From an uncultured virus (IMG/VR IMGVR_UViG_3300033150_001293) (lineage: Duplodnaviria > Heunggongvirae > Uroviricota > Caudoviricetes): a DNA stretch of 64,000 nt. Positions within the stretch are counted from its first letter, which is position 1. Each line of letters opens with the position of its first letter. Location of the stretch: IMG/VR virus record IMGVR_UViG_3300033150_001293; one strand, given 5' to 3'. Position numbers and translations under genes: made by a program. This document shows, in pieces, positions 27,901-36,736 of the stretch. The notes under the pieces are model-generated. The model saw only the letters and a list, made by a program, of their open reading frames with translations. It was not told where the DNA came from and made no database searches.

Positions 27901-29184
27901 ATGGCCATCGGAATTCTAGAAGTCAAGCTGGGGCGTCCGATCCAAATGCCAACGAAGCGGTTCCACCAGCTACTCAGGCAGGCCCGCCGCGATTGCTGCA
28001 AAGCACGCAACGCGGCCATGCTCCACTGGTATGTCTGGCGGCGAGAGCACGCGGATTGGGAGCCGGGAAAACCATACGAGGCGCCGAAAGCCAAGATTAT
28101 GCGAACTCGCAAACCGGCAGGCGAAGGGAAGAAGCCACCGAAGGACTCGCCGATTGCCCCTCGCCTATTTCTTAGCCGCGAACTCTACCACGCGGCAACC
28201 GCGGCGGCGCGGAACCTGTCGGCGTCGCTCGCCTCGTCGTGTGTACAGGAGGTGATCGCCCGACTCAAGGCCAACACCCCTTACGACCACGACGGCGAAG
28301 CGAGGTGGGTATGGCAAGCAATCCTTGCGTCCGAAGTCAATCTGCCCACCTGGCGCGGCGGGCGCATCCCGATGCCCAAGCGGTGCTCGTCGCTCGGATA
28401 CGACGGGGCCGTCAGCCAACCGTCGGCTGACGTGGCGAGGGCCTGCAAAAGCGGGTGCGTTTTGAAGTTTCAACTGCTGTCTAGGCTGAGCGGCTATAGG
28501 ACGCTATCGCCCATCGTCCGACTGGACGCCGCCGACCTGACGCGGGGCAACCGGCGATTGCTGAGGCGTCTGGCGTCTGGCGAGGTACGTCTGGCAGACA
28601 GCCAGATCGTCGAGAAAAAGGGCAAGTGGTTCGCCCAATTCTGCTACGAGGTGGCGGCCAACGCGATCGGCCTGCCAACGGATCAGGTGTTGACGCTACT
28701 GCCGGCGGAGCCGGACGACAAGTGGCCGTTCGCGCTCGCATGGACCAAGGAGGATGGGAATGGGCGGGTGTGGAAGATTGGCAACGGGCGGCCGCTCGTG
28801 GCCGAATACCGCCGGGTAGTAGCCCGGCGCCGGGCGATCCGCTACCGCTACCAGGACGGGACGGGCAGCGGGCACGGGCGCCAGCGGTGGTACAAGGCGA
28901 TTCGTCCGATGGCTCACGCCGTGCGGGACATGCAGAACCGCTTTGAGAAGCAGACGATTGCGGACATCATCAAGCTGGCGATTCGTGAGCGGTGCGGCAC
29001 GGTCCTGTACCGCGAGCCGACGATGCCGGTCCGCAACTATTCGTGGTTTGCGGCCAAGGACGTGCCGTTTGACTGGACGAGTTTCGAGGCGAGGCTGCGG
29101 TTCAAGACGGAGACGCGCGGCCTGGCCTACGAGAAGGCGCGTATCGGGATGAAGGAATGGCGTCCAAGAAAAATCGCAAACTGA
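27901..29184 (+). CDS. cas12f: Cas12f-like type V effector, predicted nuclease-dead
   Basis: collinear with AsCas12f1 as recalled: ILASEVNLPTWR/ILRGDMSIPSYK, SQIVEKKGKWF/SQIIHDDRKNKWY, GHGRQR/GHGRDKR, AIRERCGTV/AIKEGCGTI; RuvC-I is VLTLLPA (no D), RuvC-II is VLYREPT, Zn finger and RuvC-III absent; flanked by arrays. Confidence 0.85.
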   Translation: MAIGILEVKLGRPIQMPTKRFHQLLRQARRDCCKARNAAMLHWYVWRREHADWEPGKPYEAPKAKIMRTRKPAGEGKKPPKDSPIAPRLFLSRELYHAATAAARNLSASLASSCVQEVIARLKANTPYDHDGEARWVWQAILASEVNLPTWRGGRIPMPKRCSSLGYDGAVSQPSADVARACKSGCVLKFQLLSRLSGYRTLSPIVRLDAADLTRGNRRLLRRLASGEVRLADSQIVEKKGKWFAQFCYEVAANAIGLPTDQVLTLLPAEPDDKWPFALAWTKEDGNGRVWKIGNGRPLVAEYRRVVARRRAIRYRYQDGTGSGHGRQRWYKAIRPMAHAVRDMQNRFEKQTIADIIKLAIRERCGTVLYREPTMPVRNYSWFAAKDVPFDWTSFEARLRFKTETRGLAYEKARIGMKEWRPRKIAN

Positions 29185-29477
29185 TCCTCGACTGCGAGAT
29201 ATGCGGGGAGCCGGTAGTGCTGTCGCCGTCGCGGTACGTCGCGCTCGTGCGGGCTGGCGAGCGGCCGCGGTGCCGGAAGAACGGGTGCGAGAGGTTGTGC
29301 GGTGCGAAAAGTGCGGGGACCTCTCGCGGCACGCAAGTACTTGCCGGGGCGAGGGTTTCGCCGCTGGTAGTGCAATGGCCCCACACGAAGAGGGGCAACA
29401 AGAATGGAGCCCTCGCAAAGCTGGCCGTAAAGCGAGACGGCGCATGGCGTTACGAGGGGTGCCGTGACGATGGCTGA
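29157..29477 (+). CDS. small Cys-rich Zn-finger protein overlapping the cas12f stop
   Basis: CEICG...CRKNGC. Confidence 0.55.
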   Translation: MASKKNRKLILDCEICGEPVVLSPSRYVALVRAGERPRCRKNGCERLCGAKSAGTSRGTQVLAGARVSPLVVQWPHTKRGNKNGALAKLAVKRDGAWRYEGCRDDG

Positions 29478-31145
29478 AATCGGAGAAGTGTGTTGCGAGA
29501 CACGAGTTCAGGCGATGTATATACTGGTATGAGCAAGTGACGATGGCTGAAATCGGAGAAGTGTGTTGCGAGGGTCCGACGCCTCCGCAATCTGCTTGGC
29601 GTAGCCGAGTGACAACGGCTGAAATCGGAGAAGTGTGTTGCGAGTGCGAGCGTCCTCCACCCCGAGGCTCGGGTACCTCCCGTGACGACGGCTGAAATCG
29701 GAGAAGTGTGTTGCGAGGCACGTCTCTGGCCTCGCCAATCGCCGCGTTCTTGCCGTGACGATGGCTGAAAATCGAGAAGTGTGTTGCGAGAGAACCGTCA
29801 AGTCCGGGTCGCCACCGTGCGACGACGGCTGAAAGCGGAGAAGTGTGTTGCGAGGCGAATACGAGAGACGTGGGCGCCGACCGTTGGCCGCGTGATGACG
29901 GCTGAAAGCGGAGAAGTGTGTTGCGAGCTGGTAGCGGCAGGCGTGTATCGCCCGAAAGACGGGCGTGACGCGGCTGAAATCCAAGAAGTGTGTTGCGAGT
30001 AGAGTCTGCATAGGCTCAGCGTGTGACAACGGCTGAAAGTCAAGAAGTGTGTTGCGAGCCTGCCGATCGCCCATTGCGTCTCACTCCTTTCGGGTCGTGA
30101 CGATGGCTAAAATCCGAGAAGTGTGTTGCGAGAAGGTCGCCCACCCTCCGAGTGGTGACGACGGCTGAAATTCGAGAAGTGTGTTGCGAGAATGAAGAGG
30201 GAAGGCAGGGGTTACGATCCCATCCGGCGTGATGATGGCTGAAATCTGAGAAGTGTGTTGCGAGGGGTGGACGTGCCGGCGGCGACGATCACGGTGGACG
30301 GCGTGACGATGGCTGAAATCGGAGAAGTGTGTTGCGAGTCGAGTAGCTGCCCGGGGGCTTGTAGGCACCGGCCCGCGTGACGATGGCTGAAAATCGAGAA
30401 GTGTGTTGCGAGAACCACGCAATCAGGGAGCTGGCCTGGGAGGGTGTCAAGTGACGACGGCTGAAATCGGAGAAGTGTGTTGCGAGGCCGAAAACCGAAG
30501 ACGATCAGCGTGCGATAGCTGGTCGTGACGATGGCTGAAATCTGAGAAGTGTGTTGCGAGAGCACGTACGGGCTCACACCCGGCGGTTGACTCCAGCGGT
30601 GACGACGGCTGAAATCTGAGAAGTGTGTTGCGAGCCCTCCCGTGTGACGAGCCGGATGACCTATACGCAGGTGACGACGGCTGAAAATCAAGAAGTGTGT
30701 TGCGAGTCGCCAACCCGGGGATACGTTCAACGGACAGCTACGGACGTGACGATGGCTGAAATTCGAGAAGTGTGTTGCGAGTTGATCGAGAAGATGTTGG
30801 TGGCTGGCCAGCCGGCGTGTGACGATGGCTGAAATTCGAGAAGTGTGTTGCGAGTCGCGGGCCTTCAGGAGGGCAGTTAGCCGTGATTGCAGTGATGACG
30901 GCTGAAATCTGAGAAGTGTGTTGCGAGGCGTCGATCAGCGCCAGCGGGGCCGGCCCGTGGAATGCGTGACGATGGCTGAAATCTGAGAAGTGTGTTGCGA
31001 GAAGCCAAGAGGCAATGCGAGCACGGCGAATGGGGGCGTGACAACGGCTGAAAGCGGAGAAGTGTGTTGCGAGGCTGCCCAATGTGCCCTTGTATTTGGC
31101 GAGAGAACGCGTGCCAACGGCTGAATCCAAGAAGTGTGTCGCGAG
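29464..31145 (+). CRISPR. CRISPR array D: 24 repeats, 23 spacers of 22-39 bp
   Basis: 36-bp repeats from 29464 to a degenerate terminal copy at 31111-31145. Confidence 0.98.
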
Positions 31146-31488
31146 CGAAAAGAAGCCGCACAAGTACAGGGCCCGCCCCGTTGTGGTAGACGGCATCCGG
31201 TTCGCAAGCAAGCGGGAAGCCGCCCGCTACGGCGAGCTGCGATTGCTGGAGCGCGGCGGCCGGATCAAGAATCTCCAGGTCCATCCGCCTTTTATATTGC
31301 AAGAAAAGTTCATCCGGCCGGACGGAAGGAAGGTGCCGGCAATCCGATACATAGGGGATTTCTCCTATTGGGAGGCCGGCGTGTTCGTTGTGGAAGATGT
31401 GAAGGGCGTCGAGACCGTAGTGTGGAAGCTGAAGCAGAAAATGTTTTGGAAGCGGTACCCCGAGATCGATCTGAGGATAGTAAAATGA
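31111..31488 (+). CDS. DUF1064-like phage endonuclease
   Basis: KYRARPVVVDGIRFASKREA...YIGDF...VVEDVKG; probable GTG start inside the terminal repeat. Confidence 0.8.
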   Translation: MPTAESKKCVASEKKPHKYRARPVVVDGIRFASKREAARYGELRLLERGGRIKNLQVHPPFILQEKFIRPDGRKVPAIRYIGDFSYWEAGVFVVEDVKGVETVVWKLKQKMFWKRYPEIDLRIVK

Positions 31489-31823
31489 ACACGCTGATCT
31501 TCCTGGCCGCGTGGCTGGCGATGGGCCTGGCTGGCGTCGCCCTTGGGGCGATTGCACGGCGGCGTATCGGCTTGCCGCAGAACGACCGCCTAACGCAGGT
31601 CACAGCTTCGTTTGCTGGGCCGATGGTCCTGATAGGCGGGATCGTGATGCTGATCTACTCTCGCAACATACTTCGCAGCACAACTGCATGGTACCATTCC
31701 TCGGCGGACGCAGGGAGGACGACTCGCAATTTGCCCTGTCGCAAGACGCCCCCCCCGGACAGTAGGGAAGGGTCGGCCGAGCCGACCCTTCCCCCCAAAA
31801 GTACCGTGTCGCCGGAGAAATAG
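31485..31823 (+). CDS. small membrane protein (C-terminus runs through inserted elements)
   Basis: MNTLIFLAAWL.. two TM segments. Confidence 0.5.
   Translation: MNTLIFLAAWLAMGLAGVALGAIARRRIGLPQNDRLTQVTASFAGPMVLIGGIVMLIYSRNILRSTTAWYHSSADAGRTTRNLPCRKTPPPDSREGSAEPTLPPKSTVSPEK
31660..31715 (-). ncRNA. promoter plus half-repeat unit
   Basis: minus strand CGTCCGCCGAGGAATGGTACCATGCAGTTGTGCTGC-GAAGTATGTTGCGAG. Confidence 0.7.
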
Positions 31824-31825
31824 CG

Positions 31826-32512
31826 ATGAAATGTTCGGCCGTAGTCCTATCCTTCAATCGCGTGCCCAACCTGGGCCGTATCGTCGAGAACCTCCGGCGG
31901 CACGACTGGATAGACGACATCGTGATATGGCACCAAGGCGAGCGGCTGCCGCCCGACTTCGAAGTGTGTTGCGAGCCTATCTGGTATGGCGTCCGCGAAA
32001 TCCACGCGCACAACCGCCTGCGCATGGGGCGATTCGACGCGATGGACCATTGCGCCCACGACGCGGTGCTCGTCCAGGACGACGACACGCTGCCCCGCAA
32101 CCTCGACGCGGCGTGGCAAGCCTGGCGCGAGGAGCAGTCCCGGATCGTTGCCCTGCTCGACCGTGGGCACCTGATGACGGACCGCTGGCGGCACTGGGGC
32201 GATTGCCATGAGGTGCTGCTCGGCTGGGGCGCAATCCTCGATCGGCGGTGGCGGAACGTGTTCAGGCTATGGGAGCACAGCTACGGCGTTGACGAGTTGC
32301 TAGAGCGGAAGGCCGACCGTATCTTCTCAATCCTCCAGCGGCGGCACCACACCGTCCTGCTGGCTGACTACGAGAAGCTACCCGGGGCGGACTCGAACGA
32401 CGCGGCGTGGAAGCAGCCGGACCATGACGCGACGACGAGAGAGGCGAGAGAGCGGTGCCTGAACGGCATATGTGGAATGGGATTGCAGCGCCACGAGTAC
32501 CGGATACGATAA
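31826..32512 (+). CDS. GT-A fold glycosyltransferase
   Basis: SFNRVPNL, IVIW, VQDDD; exact half-repeat at 31961-31975 inside the CDS. Confidence 0.75.
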   Translation: MKCSAVVLSFNRVPNLGRIVENLRRHDWIDDIVIWHQGERLPPDFEVCCEPIWYGVREIHAHNRLRMGRFDAMDHCAHDAVLVQDDDTLPRNLDAAWQAWREEQSRIVALLDRGHLMTDRWRHWGDCHEVLLGWGAILDRRWRNVFRLWEHSYGVDELLERKADRIFSILQRRHHTVLLADYEKLPGADSNDAAWKQPDHDATTREARERCLNGICGMGLQRHEYRIR

Positions 32513-33237
32513 TGCATTTGCCCCTGTACCCCGTGCCGAGCGACACTTGGCAGGACGAATACGAGGCGTGTTTGGCGGACCCGTACCTGCAAAAGAAATA
32601 CGACCGGGAGAAGAGCATCCGGGAGCACGTCGACTACTTCGGCCGATACTGCCCGGAACTCGTGCCCGTAACCAAACCGCCCGGGCTGGTCGTCGACATC
32701 GGCCCCGGCTTCGGCGTTGGGCTAGAGGTCGCCCGCCAGCTCGGATACGACACGATCGGCGTCGAGTCCCCGTCCGGCGATGGCGGGATGGGGGACGCCT
32801 ACCACCGGCTGAGTCGCCTACTGCATGCGCGGCAGAAGCTAGCCGTAACCTACGTCGGCTGGCAGGAGTGGGTTGAGGCGGCCGAGATTCCCGAGGACAG
32901 CGTGTTTCTGTTCAACTCGCGCGGATCGTGGGAGCAGTGCTACGCGGAACTTCTGAGCGGCCCGCCTCACGACCGGCACCACGACTGCAAACAGCAGACG
33001 TGGGATCAGATCGTGACGTGCGTTATCCGGTGGCGGCGGGCGTTCGCGTTCATGGCGTCCCGGCTCGTGCCTGGCGGGCTCGTGCTGATCCACGCCAACG
33101 GGACCGGCTCGTCGACCAGCGACCGATGGTACAGCGCGGCGATAGCCGCCGCTGGGGAGTTTGCCGGACTCGAATTGGCGCTGAAGGAGGGCAATAAATT
33201 GCACAAGTGGAAGAAACCACAACTGATGGAGACATAG
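32512..33237 (+). CDS. SAM-dependent methyltransferase
   Basis: VVDIGPGFG, IGVE, LVPGG. Confidence 0.75.
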   Translation: MHLPLYPVPSDTWQDEYEACLADPYLQKKYDREKSIREHVDYFGRYCPELVPVTKPPGLVVDIGPGFGVGLEVARQLGYDTIGVESPSGDGGMGDAYHRLSRLLHARQKLAVTYVGWQEWVEAAEIPEDSVFLFNSRGSWEQCYAELLSGPPHDRHHDCKQQTWDQIVTCVIRWRRAFAFMASRLVPGGLVLIHANGTGSSTSDRWYSAAIAAAGEFAGLELALKEGNKLHKWKKPQLMET

Positions 33238-33240
33238 CCG

Positions 33241-33825
33241 ATGCCAGGCTCGCAACACACTTCAACTTCCCATCATAGCGGAAAGACGGTTGCCGACAAG
33301 TCATCCGAGGGAAACGGCGAAGAAATCGACCGGCTGAAATCGGAAATCGCCGCACACAAGGAAAGCCTGAAAACATGCCGCAAGACGATTGCGTCGCTCG
33401 AACAGTCTCTGGAAACGGCCAACGCTGCGATTTGGCGAATCGTAGATGAGGTCTGGTCGGTGCGAACTTGCAAGGAAAACGTCGAGCTGGGCGAGACAGT
33501 CGAGGCATTGGTTGAAAACCACAAAGCGTATCTCGCGTTGATCAGGTCGAGGAGGCAAGAGGCTGCAAGAATATGCAAGGAAGCACGCGAGATTCAATCC
33601 GCGTTGCGGTTCGTCGGGCGTGCTGCCAGTTCAGGGTCGAGCGGTATGATGTTCGGATCAGCAGAGCACTTGGTACTCAGCATCGACGCAATCATGCGCC
33701 AGGCGTGTCGAGATATTGACGGTTTGATTGCCAGTTCGACTGGCGTCGTAAACGGCAGCCAAGATCGCTTGATGCGGGACGCGGTGGCAGAACTCCCGCA
33801 ACACCACTCGCAACACACTTCATAA
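33241..33825 (+). CDS. coiled-coil hypothetical protein bracketed by half-repeats
   Basis: starts and ends with repeat-encoded SQHTS; true start uncertain. Confidence 0.45.
   Translation: MPGSQHTSTSHHSGKTVADKSSEGNGEEIDRLKSEIAAHKESLKTCRKTIASLEQSLETANAAIWRIVDEVWSVRTCKENVELGETVEALVENHKAYLALIRSRRQEAARICKEAREIQSALRFVGRAASSGSSGMMFGSAEHLVLSIDAIMRQACRDIDGLIASSTGVVNGSQDRLMRDAVAELPQHHSQHTS
33249..33300 (-). ncRNA. promoter plus half-repeat unit
   Basis: TTGTCG...TATGAT-GGGAAGTT-GAAGTGTGTTGCGAG; promoter sequence shared with 36942-37000. Confidence 0.65.
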
Positions 33826-33859
33826 CTGTATTATACCATGTCCTCAGCGGACGCAGCAA
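33807..33859 (-). ncRNA. promoter plus half-repeat unit
   Basis: TTGCTG-18 bp-TATAAT-ACAGTTAT-GAAGTGTGTTGCGAG. Confidence 0.75.
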
Positions 33860-33884
33860 GGAGTCTTGACATGAAGGACGCGGG

Positions 33885-34799
33885 ATGCGGGCAATAATAA
33901 TATACGACGTGGACGGTTTCGCGTACCACCGGCGGGCGGTAGCATTGAAAAAGTACGCGCCGCCCGACGCGGACGTGCGGCTTGTCAGGACGCCCGACTA
34001 CTGCGGCCCCGGCGACGCGGACGTAGTGGTGCTTTTGGACTATATCTGTCTGGGCATGGTTCAGGGCATGACGCCGGCCCGAGTGCCGCTCGTTTGCACA
34101 TTTTCGGCGGACCACCGGCGGCGGGAGAAACAGTGGCGGCACACCTGCGAGCACGCCGACTGGGTGATAGCGTTGAGCCGGGAGCGGTACGAGGCGGAGC
34201 CGCGATTCGGCAACACCTGCTGCATTGCCAACGGCGTGGACCTCGACGATTTTGGTGCAGACGTACCGATCGAGGGCCGGCCAGACAAGGCGCTGTGGAT
34301 CGGCCAGGACGGGCGAGGGGACAACAAGGGGCTGATCTCCGTCCTGTCGCCGCTGCGCAAGCTGGCCGAGCGGAGCGGGTTCGCCTGCGACTTCCGGGCG
34401 GTGGGCCCTCGCGGATTTTCTACGGATCGCCTGCGGAGTTGGTATAATAGCGGGAGTTACATCGTGTGCGCTAGCCGCTCGGAGGCGACGGCAAACACGG
34501 TGATGGAGGCAGCCGCTTGCGGCTGCGTGCCGGTGAGCACGCCGGTTGGTACCCTGACGGATTGGGGCCAGGATGGCGAGAACTGCGTGCTCGTGAAGGA
34601 TCGGTCGCCGGAGGCGTTCCTGAAAGGACTGCAACGGGCGAAGGACGCACGCCTCCGGCTGGCCGCCGGCACGATGGAGGCCGTGGCGAGGTATGACTAC
34701 CGCCGCGTGGCGGAGCTGTACTGGGAGGATGTAATTCGGCCAATCGCCGAAGGGCGCCGGCCGGAACAATTCTGCTACCTCTCGCAACACACTTCCTGA
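33885..34799 (+). CDS. GT-B (GT4-like) glycosyltransferase
   Basis: ANGVD, KG, SRSEATANTVMEAAACG. Confidence 0.85.
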   Translation: MRAIIIYDVDGFAYHRRAVALKKYAPPDADVRLVRTPDYCGPGDADVVVLLDYICLGMVQGMTPARVPLVCTFSADHRRREKQWRHTCEHADWVIALSRERYEAEPRFGNTCCIANGVDLDDFGADVPIEGRPDKALWIGQDGRGDNKGLISVLSPLRKLAERSGFACDFRAVGPRGFSTDRLRSWYNSGSYIVCASRSEATANTVMEAAACGCVPVSTPVGTLTDWGQDGENCVLVKDRSPEAFLKGLQRAKDARLRLAAGTMEAVARYDYRRVAELYWEDVIRPIAEGRRPEQFCYLSQHTS

Positions 34800-34938
34800 C
34801 TATATTATACTATATCCACCGAGGAAATTTTGTAGGAGAAAGAGCCGTGGAGCCAGAATTGAGTTCGGAAGCCTGAAACCACCTTAAGAACTCGGCCGTT
34901 AAGGCTGCTATAATGGGGAGTATGAAGTGTGTTGCGAG
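34781..34938. ncRNA. divergent pair of TATAAT plus half-repeat units
   Basis: 15-mers at 34781-34795 (-) and 34924-34938 (+); the + promoter resembles the array A leader (CGGCCGTYAAGGCTGCTATAATRGGGAGYATGAAG). Confidence 0.7.
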
Positions 34939-35220
34939 AGTAAAGACAAGACCTCGGACGCAACCACAGTGATAAGCGGGTGCGCCTTGTTGGCGTGGCG
35001 AGTGTTCGTAGTGTTGCCTCTGTGGTATGTGTTGCTGGCGTCGCTGCTTTTGGCTACAGATGCCGAAGGGTGGCAATGGGTTCTGTACATCCTGTATGTT
35101 CCCGCGGGGGTATTCGGCTCCATAATGGTGTATGGATTCAATCTCCTACGCAAGGCAAATAGCATAAGCCCTTCCGAGAAGTGTATTGCGAACGAGTGAG
35201 CGGGCGAAAGGAGAAGCGGT

Positions 35221-35637
35221 ATGTGGTCAATCGTGGTATGGTTTGTCGTCCCGGGCATTGTAATGGGGCTTGGCCTGTTCATGGCATGGCGGGCTAACAA
35301 AATGCCTATCAAATGCACAGGTCTTGTAATGCTGGTCCTCATAGGGATGGCTCTGGGGACCTGCTTAGCTATTCTGCCGTTGTTTCGCATTGAAATACAC
35401 GCCCAAATCGCACGATTTCATTCCGTTCGGCAATCCGTGGAAGCTGCGCGTAACGGCAACACCGCCGAAGATATCGAGCGTGCCGCCATGTTGGACAAAA
35501 TCGTCGAGCGGGCCGCCCTGTCGCACAAAACCGTCGAGGCCAACGAATGGCTGGCACGATCTCGCTACTACGCGAGTCGATGGTATCTGGACGTATTCTG
35601 GCCTGACGAGGTGCTGATGTTGGAACCGATACGGTGA
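35221..35637 (+). CDS. membrane protein
   Basis: two TM segments; AAGGAG RBS after a degenerate half-repeat (35178-35192). Confidence 0.6.
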   Translation: MWSIVVWFVVPGIVMGLGLFMAWRANKMPIKCTGLVMLVLIGMALGTCLAILPLFRIEIHAQIARFHSVRQSVEAARNGNTAEDIERAAMLDKIVERAALSHKTVEANEWLARSRYYASRWYLDVFWPDEVLMLEPIR

Positions 35638-36338
35638 CTGCTGCTATCCCCAAGGTAACGGCCGTCCTGCTTAACTGGAGGCGGCCGGACAACATCCCGC
35701 TGATCCTGGAACGGCTGGCCGAGCAGCCGTTTGTCGATGAAATAGTGCTGTGGAACAACGACGACAGCATTTGCGAGCACAAGGACCACTCGGACTGGTT
35801 CTGGGCGACGGGCGACGTAAGGCTGCGTCTTCTGTTTCGGTTCGCCAACCTCGGCACTTGGGCGAGATTCCTCGCGTGCCGAGAGGCGTCTTGCGACTGG
35901 ATTATCACGCAGGACGACGACTGCCTCTGCGACAACTGGCCCGAACTCTACCGCGAGGCTCTGGCCCATCCCGACGCGATTACGGCCAACATGCACCGCA
36001 ACGAGGACGACACCCACGACGGGCTGATCTACGTCGACGGCAAGTGCTGGGATGTATGGCTTGGCTGGGGCTCGATGTTCCGACGGGAGCTGATAGGAGA
36101 CATATTCGAGCGGTACGTGGCCAAGTGGGGCGAGGACGAGTGCCTGCTACGGGACGCGGACCGAGTGTTTGCGGTGGCACTGGGGCGTAGGCACCACGCG
36201 ATCCAAGCCAGAACCGAAAACTTGCCGGGGATCGACGGGCCGATGGCGATCCACAAGGATGGGAGGAAACACCTCACATGGCTTGCGCGGCGGCGAGGAG
36301 TCCAGTTGGCGGAGAAATGCGAAAGGGAGGGACGATGA
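35634..36338 (+). CDS. GT-A fold glycosyltransferase (paralogue of 31826)
   Basis: LNWRRPDNI, IVLWNN, TQDDD, LGWG, RDADR. Confidence 0.8.
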   Translation: MTAAIPKVTAVLLNWRRPDNIPLILERLAEQPFVDEIVLWNNDDSICEHKDHSDWFWATGDVRLRLLFRFANLGTWARFLACREASCDWIITQDDDCLCDNWPELYREALAHPDAITANMHRNEDDTHDGLIYVDGKCWDVWLGWGSMFRRELIGDIFERYVAKWGEDECLLRDADRVFAVALGRRHHAIQARTENLPGIDGPMAIHKDGRKHLTWLARRRGVQLAEKCEREGR

Positions 36339-36532
36339 GCAGATCTGATTTGCGGTACGCCGTGATTGTTGCGGTGACTCATGCGCTCTACAGCGGAGAT
36401 ACATGGAGAGCGTCAGCAGTAGAGTCAGGACCGGTATATCGTCGTGCTGCCGAAATCGCGGTAAAGCAGGCTGACGCAATCCTGGCATGTCTTGAGTCAG
36501 AAGACCAAGAAACCGCTGAATAGGATGAAAAA

Positions 36533-36736
36533 ATGAGTGAGTGGAAAAGGTATCGGAAACGAGGCACAACCGAGATGCGCCCATACGTGCCGGGCGAAGA
36601 TCTGTCGGACATATCCGTCAACAAGGAAGACACGCCAGAGGAGGGCGGCATGATTGCCCGCAACTCGGACAACCACGAGGACCAATGGTACGTCGCCAAG
36701 GCGTATTTTGCAGCCCATTACGAGGCGGCGCAATGA
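36533..36736 (+). CDS. small hypothetical protein
   Basis: MSEWKRYRKRGTTEMRPYVPGE..DQWYVAKAYF. Confidence 0.6.
   Translation: MSEWKRYRKRGTTEMRPYVPGEDLSDISVNKEDTPEEGGMIARNSDNHEDQWYVAKAYFAAHYEAAQ

Noticed and set aside
29160..29180. Programmed -1 frameshift fusing cas12f to the Zn-finger ORF
   Set aside because: A-rich (AGA AAA ATC) but not a canonical X XXY YYZ heptamer; kept only as a split-gene hypothesis
27901..29184. IS200/IS605 or IS607 transposon TnpB
   Set aside because: No TnpA or element ends are seen; it is flanked by CRISPR arrays and a tracrRNA-like RNA
26207..31211. Long minus-strand ORFs over the arrays (e.g. 26337-27521, 29508-30074, 30212-30730)
   Set aside because: They are translations of the repeats (RNTLL/SQHTS/LATHF periodicity), not genes
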